Of a stretch of DNA of 64,000 nucleotides, positions 39,870 through 53,558 are shown one piece after another. How positions within the stretch are numbered: the first letter of the stretch is position 1; each line of letters begins with the position of its first letter. Under the pieces are notes generated by a model that was given only the letters and a program-made list of their open reading frames with translations, was not told the DNA's origin and did not search any database. The translations under genes and the position numbers were made by a program. Source of the stretch: Octopus sinensis (taxonomy: Eukaryota); assembly GCF_006345805.1 (NCBI RefSeq), contig NC_043005.1:83204001-83268000 (forward strand). The letters are read 5' to 3'.

Positions 39870-40660
39870 GCAGCAGCTGTCTGCACTGCATCCACACTTT
39901 GTTTCCTTTTGGGAGCAGTGCATGCAGGATCCACATCTTTCCATGGCGGAGTCATTGTAGTTTGTGACCTGGTCTTGTGTCTTTGGGAACAGTTCTTCCT
40001 GACCTTGGGATGAGGGAAACGAGTACTGTTCACATGGGATTTGGGATGAAAAATGTCCCAATGTCCCAATGTCTCCATGCCAGCAAGTACCCTTTACAGA
40101 AGTTGCAGATTGATCGGTCTTTCTTTTTTCAAGAACCATTGCCTTCACGATTTCTATTTCTTTTTCCCTTTGTTTGTGCACCCACCTTGGGTCCACCTCC
40201 ATTCTCAGCTTTCTTGTGCCCTCATCATCGACTTCTTTTGTTTCTCCTGCTGGACCTTTATTGTTGTTTTCTTTGGGTTCATAGTTGTCTACAATGATAC
40301 TATTTTTTGGTCTTGTTCCTTCTTTATAGCACCATCCTGATCCTTCTCGGATTCAACTGACTCACTTTTCTCTTTTACTTTTTCACCTTGTGCTTTCGTC
40401 TCCTCTTTGATTATATTAATCCAGTAGCACCATGTGTGGTTTAATCAGGGCATAGGAACGAATTAATTCGTTCCTTTTTCTTTCAATTTGAGCCATGCTT
40501 TCGAAGGAAACCAAATCTCTCACGGGCCCCCGCAATCAGAGTGTTTGGCAGTGGTCCTCCGGCCAAGTTCCAATCAAGGAGCAAGGTTTTAATTTCTTCA
40601 AAGTTTCTGTGTATTTTGAAGTAAATACTGGCTTTGGTGTAGTCAGCTTTCCTGAGGTCC
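39870..40660 (-). pseudogene. degenerate gag/ORF1-like remnant with a broken CCHC knuckle
   Basis: Charged low-complexity frame leading into KGTCWHGDIGTLGHFSSQIP. It resembles CX2CX4HX4C, disrupted by a CATTGGGA duplication. Confidence 0.3.
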
Positions 40661-42462
40661 ATGCTGTTAAGATATGGAGACAGAGAGAATGGGAAGAAGT
40701 AGAGATAGGTATGCAGAGAGAGAGGAGTAGAGAGGGAGAGGAGAGAGAAAATAGGAGGAGAGAAGGCAAAAGAAAGAGCGAGCAGAGAGAGAGAGAGAGA
40801 GAGAGAGAAAGTGCAAAAGATGAGAGAAATAAAATATATAAATGAAGATGTGTAAAAACGAGGGTAAGACGAGGATGAATGATGGATATGCAGAAAATAG
40901 AGATAGATCAATATAACGTAGAAATAAACAATATATAAATAAGGGTAATGAAGATAATTCAGTATAACGGAGAGAGAAAGAGAGACAGAGACAGAGAGAA
41001 ATGTATATAGAAAATATATAAACGAGGGTAAGAGAGACAGATCAATATAACGTAGAAACAGATATATATGAAGAAGTGTAAAAATGAGGGTAAGCTAATA
41101 AGAGAGATAGATCAATATAACATAGAGATAGACAGAAATGAGCAGCAAACCTCCATCCGACACACGATACGTAGTGAATTAACAACAATTAAAATTATCA
41201 GCAAGAAAAATAGAAATCATAATAAACTTCATTTTATTCAAATTTGGCCAGTCAGGGTAAGAGAAATAAAGGAAATTCCCCATTCTCGAAGATGTTACTT
41301 ACCTGGTTTACGTATGTGATTTGCAATCGAAAACTGTAAACAAAATTCGGACTTCTAATCAAAAAATGGAAATAAAACCCCAGATTCCAAAAATTCTTGT
41401 TTAGCGTAAGGGCAGTCTATAAACTTTCATTGGGCCAAACAATCTAGAATCTCAAGACTGTTATTTCTCAGAGAGAAATGCAGTCAAACATAGTTATGAA
41501 GTCGTGTACACTCAAATAAGTGGTATCCGGTGTTAATTTTTTCCACGGCAAAAAAGTGCTTATGACTGCGTAGAAACGAATCGAATTAAAATATTTTGTT
41601 AATTATGACACTCTGATAGTAATATATTTAATCGAGAGACCACTCCGATTCAATTAAATCCAGCTGCAGTTTTTTAAGATCTTCCAAGGAGAAAATTATG
41701 CCCAATTGCATGTGCAACTACCTATACTCTGTGCCGTGGAAACACGTGTAGGTCGTAATAATCATAAAAATATGCTGTCTGAAATTGTAAAATAAAGGGA
41801 AATAAATCTTGAGAATGAGCAAGTCTCCATATCCTATACCGTTATAATTATTGCTAATAAACACTCCAGATATTATTACCATCCAGAGAAGCGAACACGG
41901 AGGAACTTACATCGGAAATTATTTACAGTGTGTGTCATAAACGTTAAATACTAACCGATGCGGTTAGCCGTAACCTGAAACATAACTGAGAGCCGTGACG
42001 ATATCCGCCCGGATGATATATCTATAGGAGAGAGCAGATACGAGAATCTTTATTGATCATTACAATTGTTTTGATCCATCAAACATCATGGGATACTCTA
42101 CTATACATCTGGGTTAGGTGGTTTTTCTATAAGTATGAAGCTGTATACTTTAGTTTACCATTTGTATATACGAAGTCCAAGAAGAAATCTAGCGAGATAG
42201 AGTTTATTTTAACGAAATACCTCTTGAAGTCACCTGAGGAGACACATCTGCAATAACGGATACACCTAAACCAGATGTTAGGTATTCCTCCCGTGAGGGA
42301 TCAATGCTGATGGATTGAAACAATTGTAGTGGTCAATAAAGATTCTCGTATCTTCCATTTTCCGTCTCTATCATCAATCAAGTACTTCATTACAGAGACG
42401 TAAACACACCAGCACCGGTTGTCAAGCGGTGATAGGGGACAAACACAGAGACACACATAGAC

Positions 42463-42527
<65 letters not shown>

Positions 42528-42530
<3 letters not shown>

Positions 42531-43232
42531 GGTACGATGGATATATTGTCACCATTTTTTTTATTTCGCGCATGCGCATTGTCTGTTTTTCCTTCTGTCA
42601 CAGTATAGTAGGGTCAGTTGGGCGCTGTCTGGGAAAAACAGCACCATGACGCAATTCACTCTGCCAGAAATTTGGAACCAAAATACTATACTGTTTGGAA
42701 TTCACACCGGAAGCCCCAATACGAACAGATGGTGAACACAGAACAATCGTTGGCTTGCCATATATCCAAAACGTACCGAGAGCGATAAAAATCAAACATC
42801 CAGTCAACATCATGGTGCTTCGAGTGAACACTAGTGATGGCGACGTTATGCCTCCGTTCATCTTCCCACACGACCTCACAGCCAACACAAAGGCCTACAT
42901 CAAGTGCCTGGAGGAGGTAGTGTTGCCCTGGGTCAAGAGGGTGGCTGCTGGAAGATTCCATGTCTGATAACAGGACACTGCACCATGTCACACGAGCAGA
43001 AGATCCCTGTCATGGCTCTCAGACAAGTTCTGCGACCACATCACCCCTAACATCTGGTTACCTAACTCCCCAGACTGCAGCCCCCTTGATTATTATGTGT
43101 GGGCCACAGTTGAGCGAGAGACCAACAAAATTCCTTGTAACACCAAAGATGAACTGAAGGCAAGGATTATAGCAGCAATCACCAACTTAAGCAAGTAGAC
43201 CGTCCAAAAGAGTTGCAGGATATTCCGAAGCG
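42528..43232 (+). mobile_element. DD37D (maT) transposon remnant, internally deleted
   Basis: Starts TA|CAGGGT. KHPVNIMV...DGDVMPPFIFP...YIKCLEEVVLPW...QDTAPCHT...WLPNSPDCSPLDYYVW, with exactly 37 residues between D and D. The HTH and first D are missing; right TIR not seen. Confidence 0.85.
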
Positions 43233-43485
43233 GTCGGTTACTGAACTCTATTTATTCTCCCTCGAATACATATATCTACACACGCATAAATGGTTTTCAT
43301 GTTCTTACATCTTATTTCATTTACATTTTATATCTTATTATTTTTATAATATTTTTTATTATCTTTTATTATTTGAATTTTTAATATAAACACGTATCCC
43401 ATCCAAGTCTTATAAATCACTGTAAGCACGATTTCGTTATCGGATGTAAAGTACTGACAACTGAAATTTTTATCTTCTACAAAAA

Positions 43486-43567
<82 letters not shown>

Positions 43568-43635
43568 AATTATAGTTAAAGATATCAAAAGAGATACCAC
43601 CATGCTTGATATAGCAGTCAGAACCTCACTAAAAC

Positions 43636-43674
<39 letters not shown>

Positions 43675-43689
43675 GTACAAATATATTAT

Positions 43690-43890
43690 ACACACCCATA
43701 CACACATAGCACGTGATCACGTAACGGACTAGACTATCAGATGTTATTACACATCGCTGGTCACAATGTGCGTTCCATCCTTTTAGCCTTTGAATGACAC
43801 CACCCGGCTGGCTAACCGAGCAGGCCAACATTACCACCCAGATCAAAAGAAGGACTGGAGCAACGTGAAATGAAGTACTTTGCTCAATAG
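43690..43890 (-). mobile_element. SINE family G (family C central domain, different 3' end), headless
   Basis: rc TTGAGCAAAGTACTTCATTTCACGTTGCTCCAGTCC followed by a 3' region shared with 46204-46330. Confidence 0.6.
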
Positions 43891-44725
43891 CACAACATAT
43901 ATGATTCCTATAACAGGTAGAACTGACAGCCTATTTCACCTGGCAGCTATATATGTCATGCAACCTCATAAGTAACCTGACACCATCAAACCGGTTACTT
44001 TTCACGTAGTAACTGTTATCGCTGAAATGTCACACTCTACAGAATGTTGACTAGTTTAATCCAACTTTCTGTGAAGACTGCAGTAAAGAAAGTTTGATAT
44101 ATACTTCTTTTTAATAGAATTTATATCAACTTCCTGGAAGATACGGGTTCGTGCCGACAGAAATCCGCCATTGTAGTATACGAAATGAACTACAGTGGTG
44201 GAGTATTATTCGTGATTTGAATTCTGCTTGAATAAATTTTCACTTTTGTCAATATGGAACTTTGTGTTTCAGAGAGTTAACATATATTCTATTAAAAATC
44301 ATATGTATACAACGTAATTCAAAAGTCAGTTTAGTATCAATATAAACTAGCTAACAACCGAGGTTAGATGATATAAGCTGTGCTTCTTATTATACGTCTC
44401 ATCTCCCCTTTATCTGTCCTTCCCTTACACCTTCCACCGTCTCGCATTATTGACTTAACCCATCTGTCACTGCATTCATATAACTCACCCTGATAACAGT
44501 CTTTTATTGTTGACCACTACGGCTCATGGATCCCACGATAGCTGATCTACTGCCCTGATGTTCATACTGCTGTCTGGGCAGATAGACTAAGTATACCTGG
44601 TCGAATAAACGAGACATAACTGTTGTATTGTGCCATTTTTAGGACAATATTTTTGCCTATTTATAACATTATTAAACAGACAGACAGACGAATGAACAGA
44701 TAGACAGACAGACAAACAGACAAAG

Positions 44726-44800
<75 letters not shown>

Positions 44801-44999
44801 CTGATTCTGTTTTCAGTGAGTCCGATAATCCATTGCATTATAGGACTCATAATTTGAGCCGTAAATTTCCTTTCATTTCCGTGAAGTATTTTACACCGTT
44901 AGATGATACAGACGCTATCCAACGTGTTTATTTAAATTGTTCTTGTTGCTGTTGCTTAACCTCAGATCTCCGATCAAACACATTCAAATCATAAATATG

Positions 45000-45470
45000 T
45001 TACATTTTTTGGGTAACGTTTCCTGTTTTCTATTTAAGACTGTTTAAATATGATTTAGCAGCTATTTCCAGTATGTCACTCGACCAAGAAAATTCTCCCT
45101 TTATAAGCCAGTGCACAGACTTTATTCATGTTCTTCCAAATTTAAGCCCATGATGTGTCATTTTGAAGAAAGTTTAACAGATATTTCTAGCTAGCTGAAT
45201 GACCAAGAAAACGCTTTCTTGAAGGGCCCGTTCACCGGCTGTTATTCATGTCATTCCTAAATTAAACCTGTAATATATCATTTTGATGAAGGTTTAACTG
45301 CTATCGCTACCTGGTTGAGTGACCGACCAAGAAAACACACTTTTGGGAATAAATAGCTTTTATTCCTGTCTTTTCTAAATTAAGCATGTAATGTGTTGTT
45401 TTGAGGAAGGTTTAACTGCTGTTTCTTGTAGGTTGAGTGTTAGCGTAAAAGTTTCCTTTGTTGGATTTGT
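45000..45470. repeat. degenerate tandem array of four about 119-bp units
   Basis: TTTA(A/G)C(A/T)G anchors at 45054, 45173, 45293 and 45411. GACCAAGAAAA at 45082, 45201 and 45325. Confidence 0.7.
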
Positions 45471-46203
45471 TCAGTTTCCTTCATCATTTGCTGTCTCTAC
45501 TGCAAACAAAATTGCAAAAACCTAGCTGCGCATTGGAAACACCGAATCATTTGTCGAAACTTAGAGTTGCAAGACCAACATCCTAACTACTTAGGCAACT
45601 TTCACGTACGATACAAGCGATAACAAGATTACTTTGACTGGAATTTGATTAAGTTTTCAGTCTATTGAAATAAACCTAACTTCCTGTGTATTGTAAACTT
45701 GACAGCCGTCAATTCGGTGATGCTTTCACCCAGCTTACGAACAACTTCTAATTAAGTTCTCAATTAAATTCAATTTCCGGTATCTCTTAAGACAGTGAAA
45801 CTATGTTTTGTATATTTTCTATTATCATTTATGATATTACACAAGATGAATATTAAGGGTTTCTCGCTCATAGAGGGGAGTGGTGGAATGTAGACACTGT
45901 AAGAGGATGTTTCTATTATTTCGCTTTTATCTTCTTACTTCTTGAACGTGTTTATAAAATATAATAGTCATTGTGATAGGACTTCAGATTGCGCAGATAT
46001 ATATATTGGTAGTTAAATAGATTAATATATGGATATGAAGATGCATATGCTTGCATATACACATGCATGAATATATGTTAGATAGATTAGATGTAACAGA
46101 TACACATACACACACGCACGCACACACATACACACTCATATATATAAATTTATACATAAACAAACATGTATATACACTTTATAATACATATACATCACTA
46201 TAC

Positions 46204-46430
46204 TGAACAGACTATCGGATGTTGTTATACACCGTTGGTTACAATGCGCTTCCTCTCATTGTCGTAGCTTTCGAATTATGCCAACCCACTGGTTGGGTGC
46301 ACAGAAAAACAAAGCCCCTGAACGAAACGCCAGTCCGTTAGAGAGGGGCGTGAAATGAAATGCTTTTCTCACGAACACAATGAGACGCCGGTCTGGGAGT
46401 CGAAACCACGATCTCGCAAACATGAGTAGG
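46204..46430 (-). mobile_element. SINE family G, degenerate
   Basis: Minus head with GGTTTCGACTCC B box; 3' region homologous to 43690-43820. Confidence 0.6.
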
Positions 46431-46465
46431 TATACACATACCTATATATACATACAAATATATGC

Positions 46466-46520
<55 letters not shown>

Positions 46521-46597
46521 TAGATAGATAGATAGATAGATAGAGAGATAGATAGAGAGATAGATAGATGCATATACATACATATATATATATATGC

Positions 46598-46635
<38 letters not shown>

Positions 46636-46904
46636 TTTATTAAACTTTTAATACATTTTTTTATTATATAAATATATAATTTAAAAAATTTAAAAATTAA
46701 TAAATAAATAAATTAATAAATAAAATAATATATAAATATATATATTTGTATATATATATATTTAAAATTTATAAGTTTAAATTATTTAAATATTTTTTTA
46801 AATTTTAACTTTTATATTTTAAAATTAATTTTATGTATTGGCTTAAGTTTTTCACTGTTTGATTTGCCTAATAGTGGTTTTATCTCTAATTTAATATAAT
46901 ATAA

Positions 46905-47417
46905 CTAGCAGTATCGCCCGGCGTTGCTCGGGTTTGTAAGGGAAATAACTATATAAGCATTTTTAGAGAGTTACTTCCCTTATAGATGCCAATTCGGGAT
47001 TTCTTAGCCATTTCTGTTTTGGTGTCTTCAAGCCATGAAGTCGTTGTTCTAAAAGAACGCTGGTCTCCTTGACAACTCTTTACGACGTTGATTTCCTTAC
47101 ACTCCCTTCCCCACAGCTTCACGAGGGAGGGAAGAAGGGGGAGAAGCAAACAGGTGCCGGTGTGACCGTGGACGCCAACTCCGCCGCCATCGACACACGA
47201 AAAATTATGCATTAAAATGGAATAAAAAATGATGTTAAATTATTTTTAAAATCGTAGACTCATCGTAGACGCGCGCTAATACTCAGACGGGCTCGATATG
47301 AATCACGACTATAAGATACCCGAATTTGGTTAAACTGCACCGCAAAATGTGGGAGTAGTTAGGAATCTAAATCGAAGGGGACAGACACTCACACAACTAC
47401 AGTTTTATATATATAGA
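46905..47417 (-). mobile_element. non-autonomous Helitron (513 bp)
   Basis: Minus: A|TCTATATATATAAAA...CCCGAGCAACGCCGGG hairpin...CTAG|T, with no TSD. Confidence 0.9.
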
Positions 47418-47495
47418 TATAATATATTTATACTATAGAATTGGATTTAATCCTAAATCTAATTTTTCCCTGTAAGTTTCGATTTATTCCCTAAT

Positions 47496-47550
<55 letters not shown>

Positions 47551-47553
<3 letters not shown>

Positions 47554-48551
47554 TAAATAAAATAAAACATACGCATATATATAAACATATATGTACGTAC
47601 CTACCTCTACATGTATATATGAGTACAGGACACCAAAAGGACGTCGAACACAATGAGAAACGAAAACATAGACACAAGACGAAACGCACGCACCCCCTTA
47701 AGTAAGATTGTTCTTTATATCAAGTTTTGTTCTTGATATTAACTTTGACGCGCACTCTTAACCTTTCTGTCCCATCCCTTTCTCAGCCTTCATTCTTTGA
47801 TTTCCTTTTCCTCTACTGAACTTGTCTCTTCCTCTCTCTCATTCTTCACTCTCTCTGTCCCCCTCTCTATTCTTCATGGTTTCCTCGCAGCCATTCCCCT
47901 TCTCTCCCTTTCTCTTGCTCCTCCTCCCTCCTTCCCGTCGTTCACCCGCGTCGAGACTTCCGCTGCTGTCTTTCTGGCCTGGCCCTCTCAAGGTAATGGA
48001 CGACATTCTTTTTGCTCCGCTCGTCGTTCATAAAAAATTCCGCGTTCGCAATACTTTTCTTCGTTCGGCGTTAACAGCCCTTCTTATCTTGTTTTTCCTT
48101 GTCCTGTCTTTTACTGTTTATAATTTGTACTGTCGTTACTGTCCTGTTTTTGTTACCATTTTTTACCCCTCTGCGAAAAGATCTCAGAATTTTAATTGAT
48201 TTGCTTTTCGCAGGAAGGAAAGTTTCTTGTCGAAGATACGTCTCGCTTTTATCCTTCGAAACGTAGAGAAGATGAAACCATAGCGACTGAAGAAGGATTT
48301 TTTTTTTCTTTGTGTCCAATTGTCCTGTACTCTATTTTTTTGTTGTTTTTTAAAAAATGTCCAGTTCCTTTGGTTTGTGTCTATGTTTTCGTTTCTCATT
48401 GTGTTCGACGTCCTTTTGGTGTCCTGTACTCATATATGCGTGTATATGTACATGTAGAGGTAGGTACGTACATATATGTTTATATATATGCATATGTTTT
48501 ATTTTATTTATTAATATATTATATGACGAAACGCACGCACCCCCTTAAGTA
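47551..48551. mobile_element. element with inverted and direct terminal duplications (Penelope-like architecture)
   Basis: Inverted arms 47551-47677 / 48375-48513. 27-bp perfect direct repeat 47678-47704 / 48525-48551. TCTC...GAAAC-GTA-GAGA relic at 48241-69. Confidence 0.5.
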
Positions 48552-48648
48552 TATATATATATATGTGTGTGTGTGTGCGTATATATATATATATATATAC
48601 AAATATATGCATATATATAAATAGATAGAGAGAGAGAGAAAGAGAGAT

Positions 48649-48750
<102 letters not shown>

Positions 48751-48994
48751 CATAGATAGATAGATCATTCAGCAGAAGTCGCATAAAGTTAAATATTTAT
48801 ATTAACACTTTGTGATTTAGATCCATATTACTCGAAGATGTAAAAGAAAGGGAGTCTATCCTTATCTACTGAGACAGAGTTTTCCTCCTGTTCAGCAACC
48901 GTTCAACACTATCCATATGTGACCCAGACTGGCTTAACAGAAAGGAAATTTATGCGTTACCCTTTATCAATCAGCCTTATCTAAGACTATATAT

Positions 48995-49290
48995 GTGAAG
49001 GCACATAGCTCAATGGTTAGAGCATCGGGCTTACAATCTTGAGGTTGTGAGTTCGATTCCCAAACTGGGCTGTGTATTACGTTCTTGAGCAACACACTTT
49101 ATTTCATGCTGCTCCTGTTCACCCAGCTGTGGAAATGAGTTGCGATGTCACTGGTGTCAAGTTGCGTCGGTCTTTTGCCTTTTTCTTGGACATTAGTCTT
49201 CCACAAACAACCTTGTCTAGCTTGTGTCTCGGGGGTGAGGAATTTTCGAGGTACAATCCAATGGTCATTCGTAACCGACAGGGTTCCTTA
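48995..49290 (+). mobile_element. tRNA-derived SINE, family C-related
   Basis: TAGCTCAATGGTTAGAGC A box, GAGTTCGATTCC B box and TTGAGCAACACACTTTATTTCATGCTGCTCC central domain. Confidence 0.7.
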
Positions 49291-50364
49291 GAAATATTGG
49301 GTATTTCTTTATGATCATTATGCTACTGAGAATTTTATAACACCTGAGAAAATTGGAGGAAAGATACAAAATGATACAGGAAGGAACTACACAGAATCGC
49401 AGAAATTTGTCTGTAATATCGGTGAATCACCACACGAGTGGACTTTCATGTCACTGCAATTAGTCAAAGTTCCACAACCACTGATAGTTGCATTTCATTT
49501 CCTAAGCTTGACTTGGTGTATCACCTTACTGCTAAGAGGTAACAATAAATCAACCAAATCTGACAGCTGATATTCTGCAAAGAAATGACTTGTCACTGCT
49601 GCTCCTTGTCTAATCTTTGGTTAAAATTGTCATCATACCTTTTACCTATCTTCTATTAACACCATCCTACTACTTCATACTCTGCCATCCTCTGATATCC
49701 CATATTAATGCTACTGAATGTAGTTTGCATAATTGGAATATATTAGAGCAAGCATTTCACAATTTCACTAGTTTTCGTTGCGAACGCTGAGGAGGTGACT
49801 TGATTGTATTACATCTGGCTAATTGCCTTGCGTTATAATGACAATCGATTTACTGAAATAAGCTTAAAATGAAATACCAGTCACGTTTTCTGTGTACATT
49901 ATCACTCTAAAGCCAGAATTATCCTAGATTTTTCTTCGTAAACCACCAGAAGTTATAAGAGCCAAGTATTTACCATACATAGAAAAATTTTATTCCCATT
50001 TGTAAATGTTCCATAGACACTAGATTGAAATTTGGTGAATCCAAAAGTGAATTTTTTAAGATAAAACAAAGAAAACTTGAGCAATAGCAATAAAACTAAA
50101 TATGGACTTCTTAACCTACATATTCAGAGGAGGACAGGTAGTATTTGGAGACTAGAGTCTTGGGTATGCAGCTCCTTTATCAATTAGAAGACATGAAATG
50201 AACATCTTTAGGATGTCAAGAAAAATATGGTCATCTAAACTCCCAGCCTATGTCAATCGTAATAGTCGTCTCTTTGCAGTACTTTCGACACTTAAATTTG
50301 CACTTCTAAACTGATCACATTTGTGTATATCTTTTTATCCATATATCTATCTATATCTATCTAT

Positions 50365-50770
50365 CTCTTTTTTACTCTTTACTCTTTTATTTGTTTCAGT
50401 CATTTGACTGCAGCCATTCTGGAGCACCACCTTTAGTCGAACAAATCGACCCCGGGACTTATTCTTTGTAAGCTTAGTACTTATTCTATCGGTCTCTTTT
50501 GCCGAACCGCTAAGTGACAGGGACGTAAACACACCAGCATCGGTTGTCAAGCAATGCTAGGGAGACAAACACACACACACATATATATATATTTATACAT
50601 ATATACGACAGGCTTCTTTCAGTTTCCGTCTACCAAATCCACTCACAAGGCATTGGTCGGCCCAAAGCTATAGTGGAAGACACTTGCCCAAGGTGCCACG
50701 CAGTGGGACTGAACCCGGAACCATGTGGTTGGTAAGCAAGCTACTTACCACACAGCCACTCCTGCGCCTA
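50365..50770 (-). mobile_element. SINE family B, full length
   Basis: Head TAGGCGCAGGAGTGGCTGTGTGG at 50770, internal (TA)(TG) tract and AAAAGAGT tail. Confidence 0.9.
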
Positions 50771-51116
50771 CTATTTATATCTTTATATAAGTATGCATAT
50801 ATGCATATTTTGTACGTGTTTGTGAACGTACATCTGTAATTGAGAATAAAATATAAGGAAAAGTAAACATTAAATAAGAAGTGTTACTGGAAATTCCAAC
50901 ATCAATGAAGATTTGAATAAACTATGCTTCCTTCGCAAGCGGCGTGGGCGAGGCTTTTAATCTGTATCAACATCAAATGAGATACGGACTGCAATATTCA
51001 ATCAACCTCTCCAGAAGGGATTTAAAAAAAAGTAGTTCAATAACAACTTCGTTCAAGTTTGTGAACACACAAATTATTAGAGTAGCTAGTGAAGTTAAGA
51101 GAATTAAAGACATTGA

Positions 51117-51126
51117 TCTCTCTCTT

Positions 51127-51217
<91 letters not shown>
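51117..51217. repeat. (CT)n microsatellite
   Basis: Direct reading. Confidence 0.95.
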
Positions 51218-51221
<4 letters not shown>

Positions 51222-52378
51222 AAGGAACAATGAAAGATTCTATCTAACGTAACAACAAAATCAAAAGATGAATCAGTCCACTGATATGGTTGAACATGGA
51301 AACTCGAAATGACGATAGAAGGAGAGAGGGAATCAGTCACACTAAAATGCCTGGTATAAAGTACCGACAAATATATAACATTACATCTTGAGATTACTTC
51401 TTTCAATCTTGGAGCAAGAAATTCCTATAATGTACTTTCTAAGCAAAAGACAGAAAGCATCAGCTAACACCAAATGTAGTCAATGGAAAACCAAAATTGC
51501 AGACATTAACAATACAGTTGAATTGTTACCAACTGTAAGAGACTCGATACGTCATTTGTCATAAAATTTTAATAAAATTTGGATATTTCGGCCAATATTA
51601 GTCCAGACCATGTCTAACTTAATAGTATCGCCTTGTATAATCCGTTGAATCACTTTTTTAATAAATGTTATGGTATCATGGCTCATCCAAGTAGGGGGTT
51701 GTTGACTAAGATGTATCCAGGTATAGATGCCTTGTTTGGTATCCCTTGAAGAAGTTTGCCCAGATATCATTTGGAGATGTGATCTACTTCTTTGAAATTT
51801 GTTCCTGAGAATAGATTATGTAAAATAGAGTAGGGTATGTTGAGAAAAAGTAGTTGTGTTGCAGTGTAGTTATGTGTTGTGAGCCTGAATTTTGTAGTGG
51901 GTGTATGGTATTAAGCATAATATTACAAGGCATTATGTGTAGTAACCAGACCAAATGTGAAGAAAATAAGAATCGACAAACAATAAAAAGGGTAAATATA
52001 TTGAGACTGATAGGTCGAAAGAAGGTCGATGTAAGAATAAAAACAACAACCGAATTAAGATACATCCAATCTGATGTCTGTAATTACAAAGTAAAATCAT
52101 CCTCATTTGTAAAAAGAAGTCAGTTGACCACTGTGATCAACGTGGTAAGAAAAAACACAGAAGACGATATCGTTGAACACTTGATGAAGAGACTGCCTAG
52201 CCAATACAAAAAAAACACGTTCAGCTTTATACTCATTATTATTATTGGAGTAACAGGCTATGGATGAATGGATGGGAGAATGGATGGATAGATGGATGAA
52301 TGAATAGGGGCGGAGGGATGAATGACAGGCGGACAGACAGGCAGACAGACAGGCAGACAGGCAGGCAGGCAGAAAGAC

Positions 52379-52448
<70 letters not shown>

Positions 52449-52547
52449 GATTGGTTGATAGATTGAGTTCATATATGACTTGGGAAGGGTATGTATGTAT
52501 GTATGCATGCATGTATGAATATATGTATGTTTAAATACATATATATA

Positions 52548-53015
52548 TCTATATATATAAAACTCTAGTTGTGTGAGTGTCTGTCCCCTTCGATTTAGAT
52601 TCCTAACTCCTCCCACATTTTGCGGTGCAGTTTAACCAAATTCGGGTATCTTATAATCGTGATTCATATCGAGCCCGTCTGGCTATTAGCGCGCGTCTAC
52701 GATTTTAAAAATAATTTAACATCATTTTTTATTCCATTTTAATGCATAATCTTTCGCTCACAGCTGCACCTGTTTGCTTCTCCCCCTTCCCTCCCTCGTG
52801 AAGCTGTGGGGAAGGGAGTGTAAAGAAATCAACGTCGTAATGCGTTGTCAAGGAGACCAGCGTTCTTTTAGAACAACGACTTCATGGCTTGAAGACACCA
52901 AAACAGAAATGGCTAAGAAAGCCCGAATTGGCATCTATAAGGGAAGTAACTCTCTAAAAATGCTTATATAGTTATTTCCCTTACAAACCCGAGCAACGCC
53001 GGGCGATACTGCTAG
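52548..53015 (+). mobile_element. non-autonomous Helitron (468 bp, internal deletions)
   Basis: A|TC...hairpin...CTAG|T; homologous to 53559-54071. Confidence 0.9.
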
Positions 53016-53063
53016 TATATTAAAAAGTTTTAGCTTAAAATGTTTGCATTAAAATTAAGATGC

Positions 53064-53134
53064 CTCCCCGGCGGGGAATCGCAACATGGTCTCCACGTGA
53101 CAGGCGGGGATACTTACCACTATACTACCGAGGA
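53064..53134 (-). tRNA. tRNA-Asp-GTC: tRNA-Asp(GTC), probable pseudogene
   Basis: TCCTCGGTAGTATAGTGGTAAGTATCCCCGCCTGTCACGTGGAGACCATGTTGCGATTCCCCGCCGGGGAG. The 7-bp acceptor stem, A box and CTGTCAC loop are intact. The T-arm/B box is disrupted and one G is missing in the anticodon stem. Confidence 0.85.
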
Positions 53135-53161
53135 CAGCTGATGAAACCTTTTACTTAAAAA

Positions 53162-53558
53162 TCTTTATATATAAAAGTAAGGTTGTGTGTCTGTCTCCTA
53201 CGATTTAGATTCCTAACTACTCCCACATTTTGCGGTGCAGTTTAACTAAAACCGGGTATCTTATAGTCGTGATTCATATCGAGCCCTTCTGGGTATCAGC
53301 GCGCGTCTACAATGAGTCTACGATTTAAAAAAAAATTTACCATCATTTTTTTCCATTTTAATGCATTTTTTCGCTATTATATAAGGGAAGTAACTCTCTA
53401 AAAATGTCTACGATGAGTCAACGATTTTTTAAAAAAATTACCATCATTCTTTTTCCATTTTTAATGCTTTTTTTGCTATTTTTTTACTATTACTCTCTAA
53501 AAATGCATATATAGTTATTTCCCTTACAAACCCGAGCAACGCCGGGCGATACTGCTAG
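53162..53558 (+). mobile_element. non-autonomous Helitron, second subfamily (397 bp, internal about 100-bp duplication)
   Basis: A|TCTTTATATATAAAA start with the same 3' hairpin and CTAG, directly fused to the next copy. Confidence 0.88.

Noticed and set aside
45000-45470. CRISPR-like repeat-spacer appearance
   Set aside because: Eukaryotic context, whole units are homologous and degenerate (no unique spacers), and there are no cas genes.
46600-46830. Nearly pure A/T irregular tract
   Set aside because: Looks like degraded (TA)n or low-quality consensus; no definable structure.
51420-52230. Coding-like stretch with short ORFs
   Set aside because: No recognisable motif in any frame; possibly an old TE but cannot be supported.
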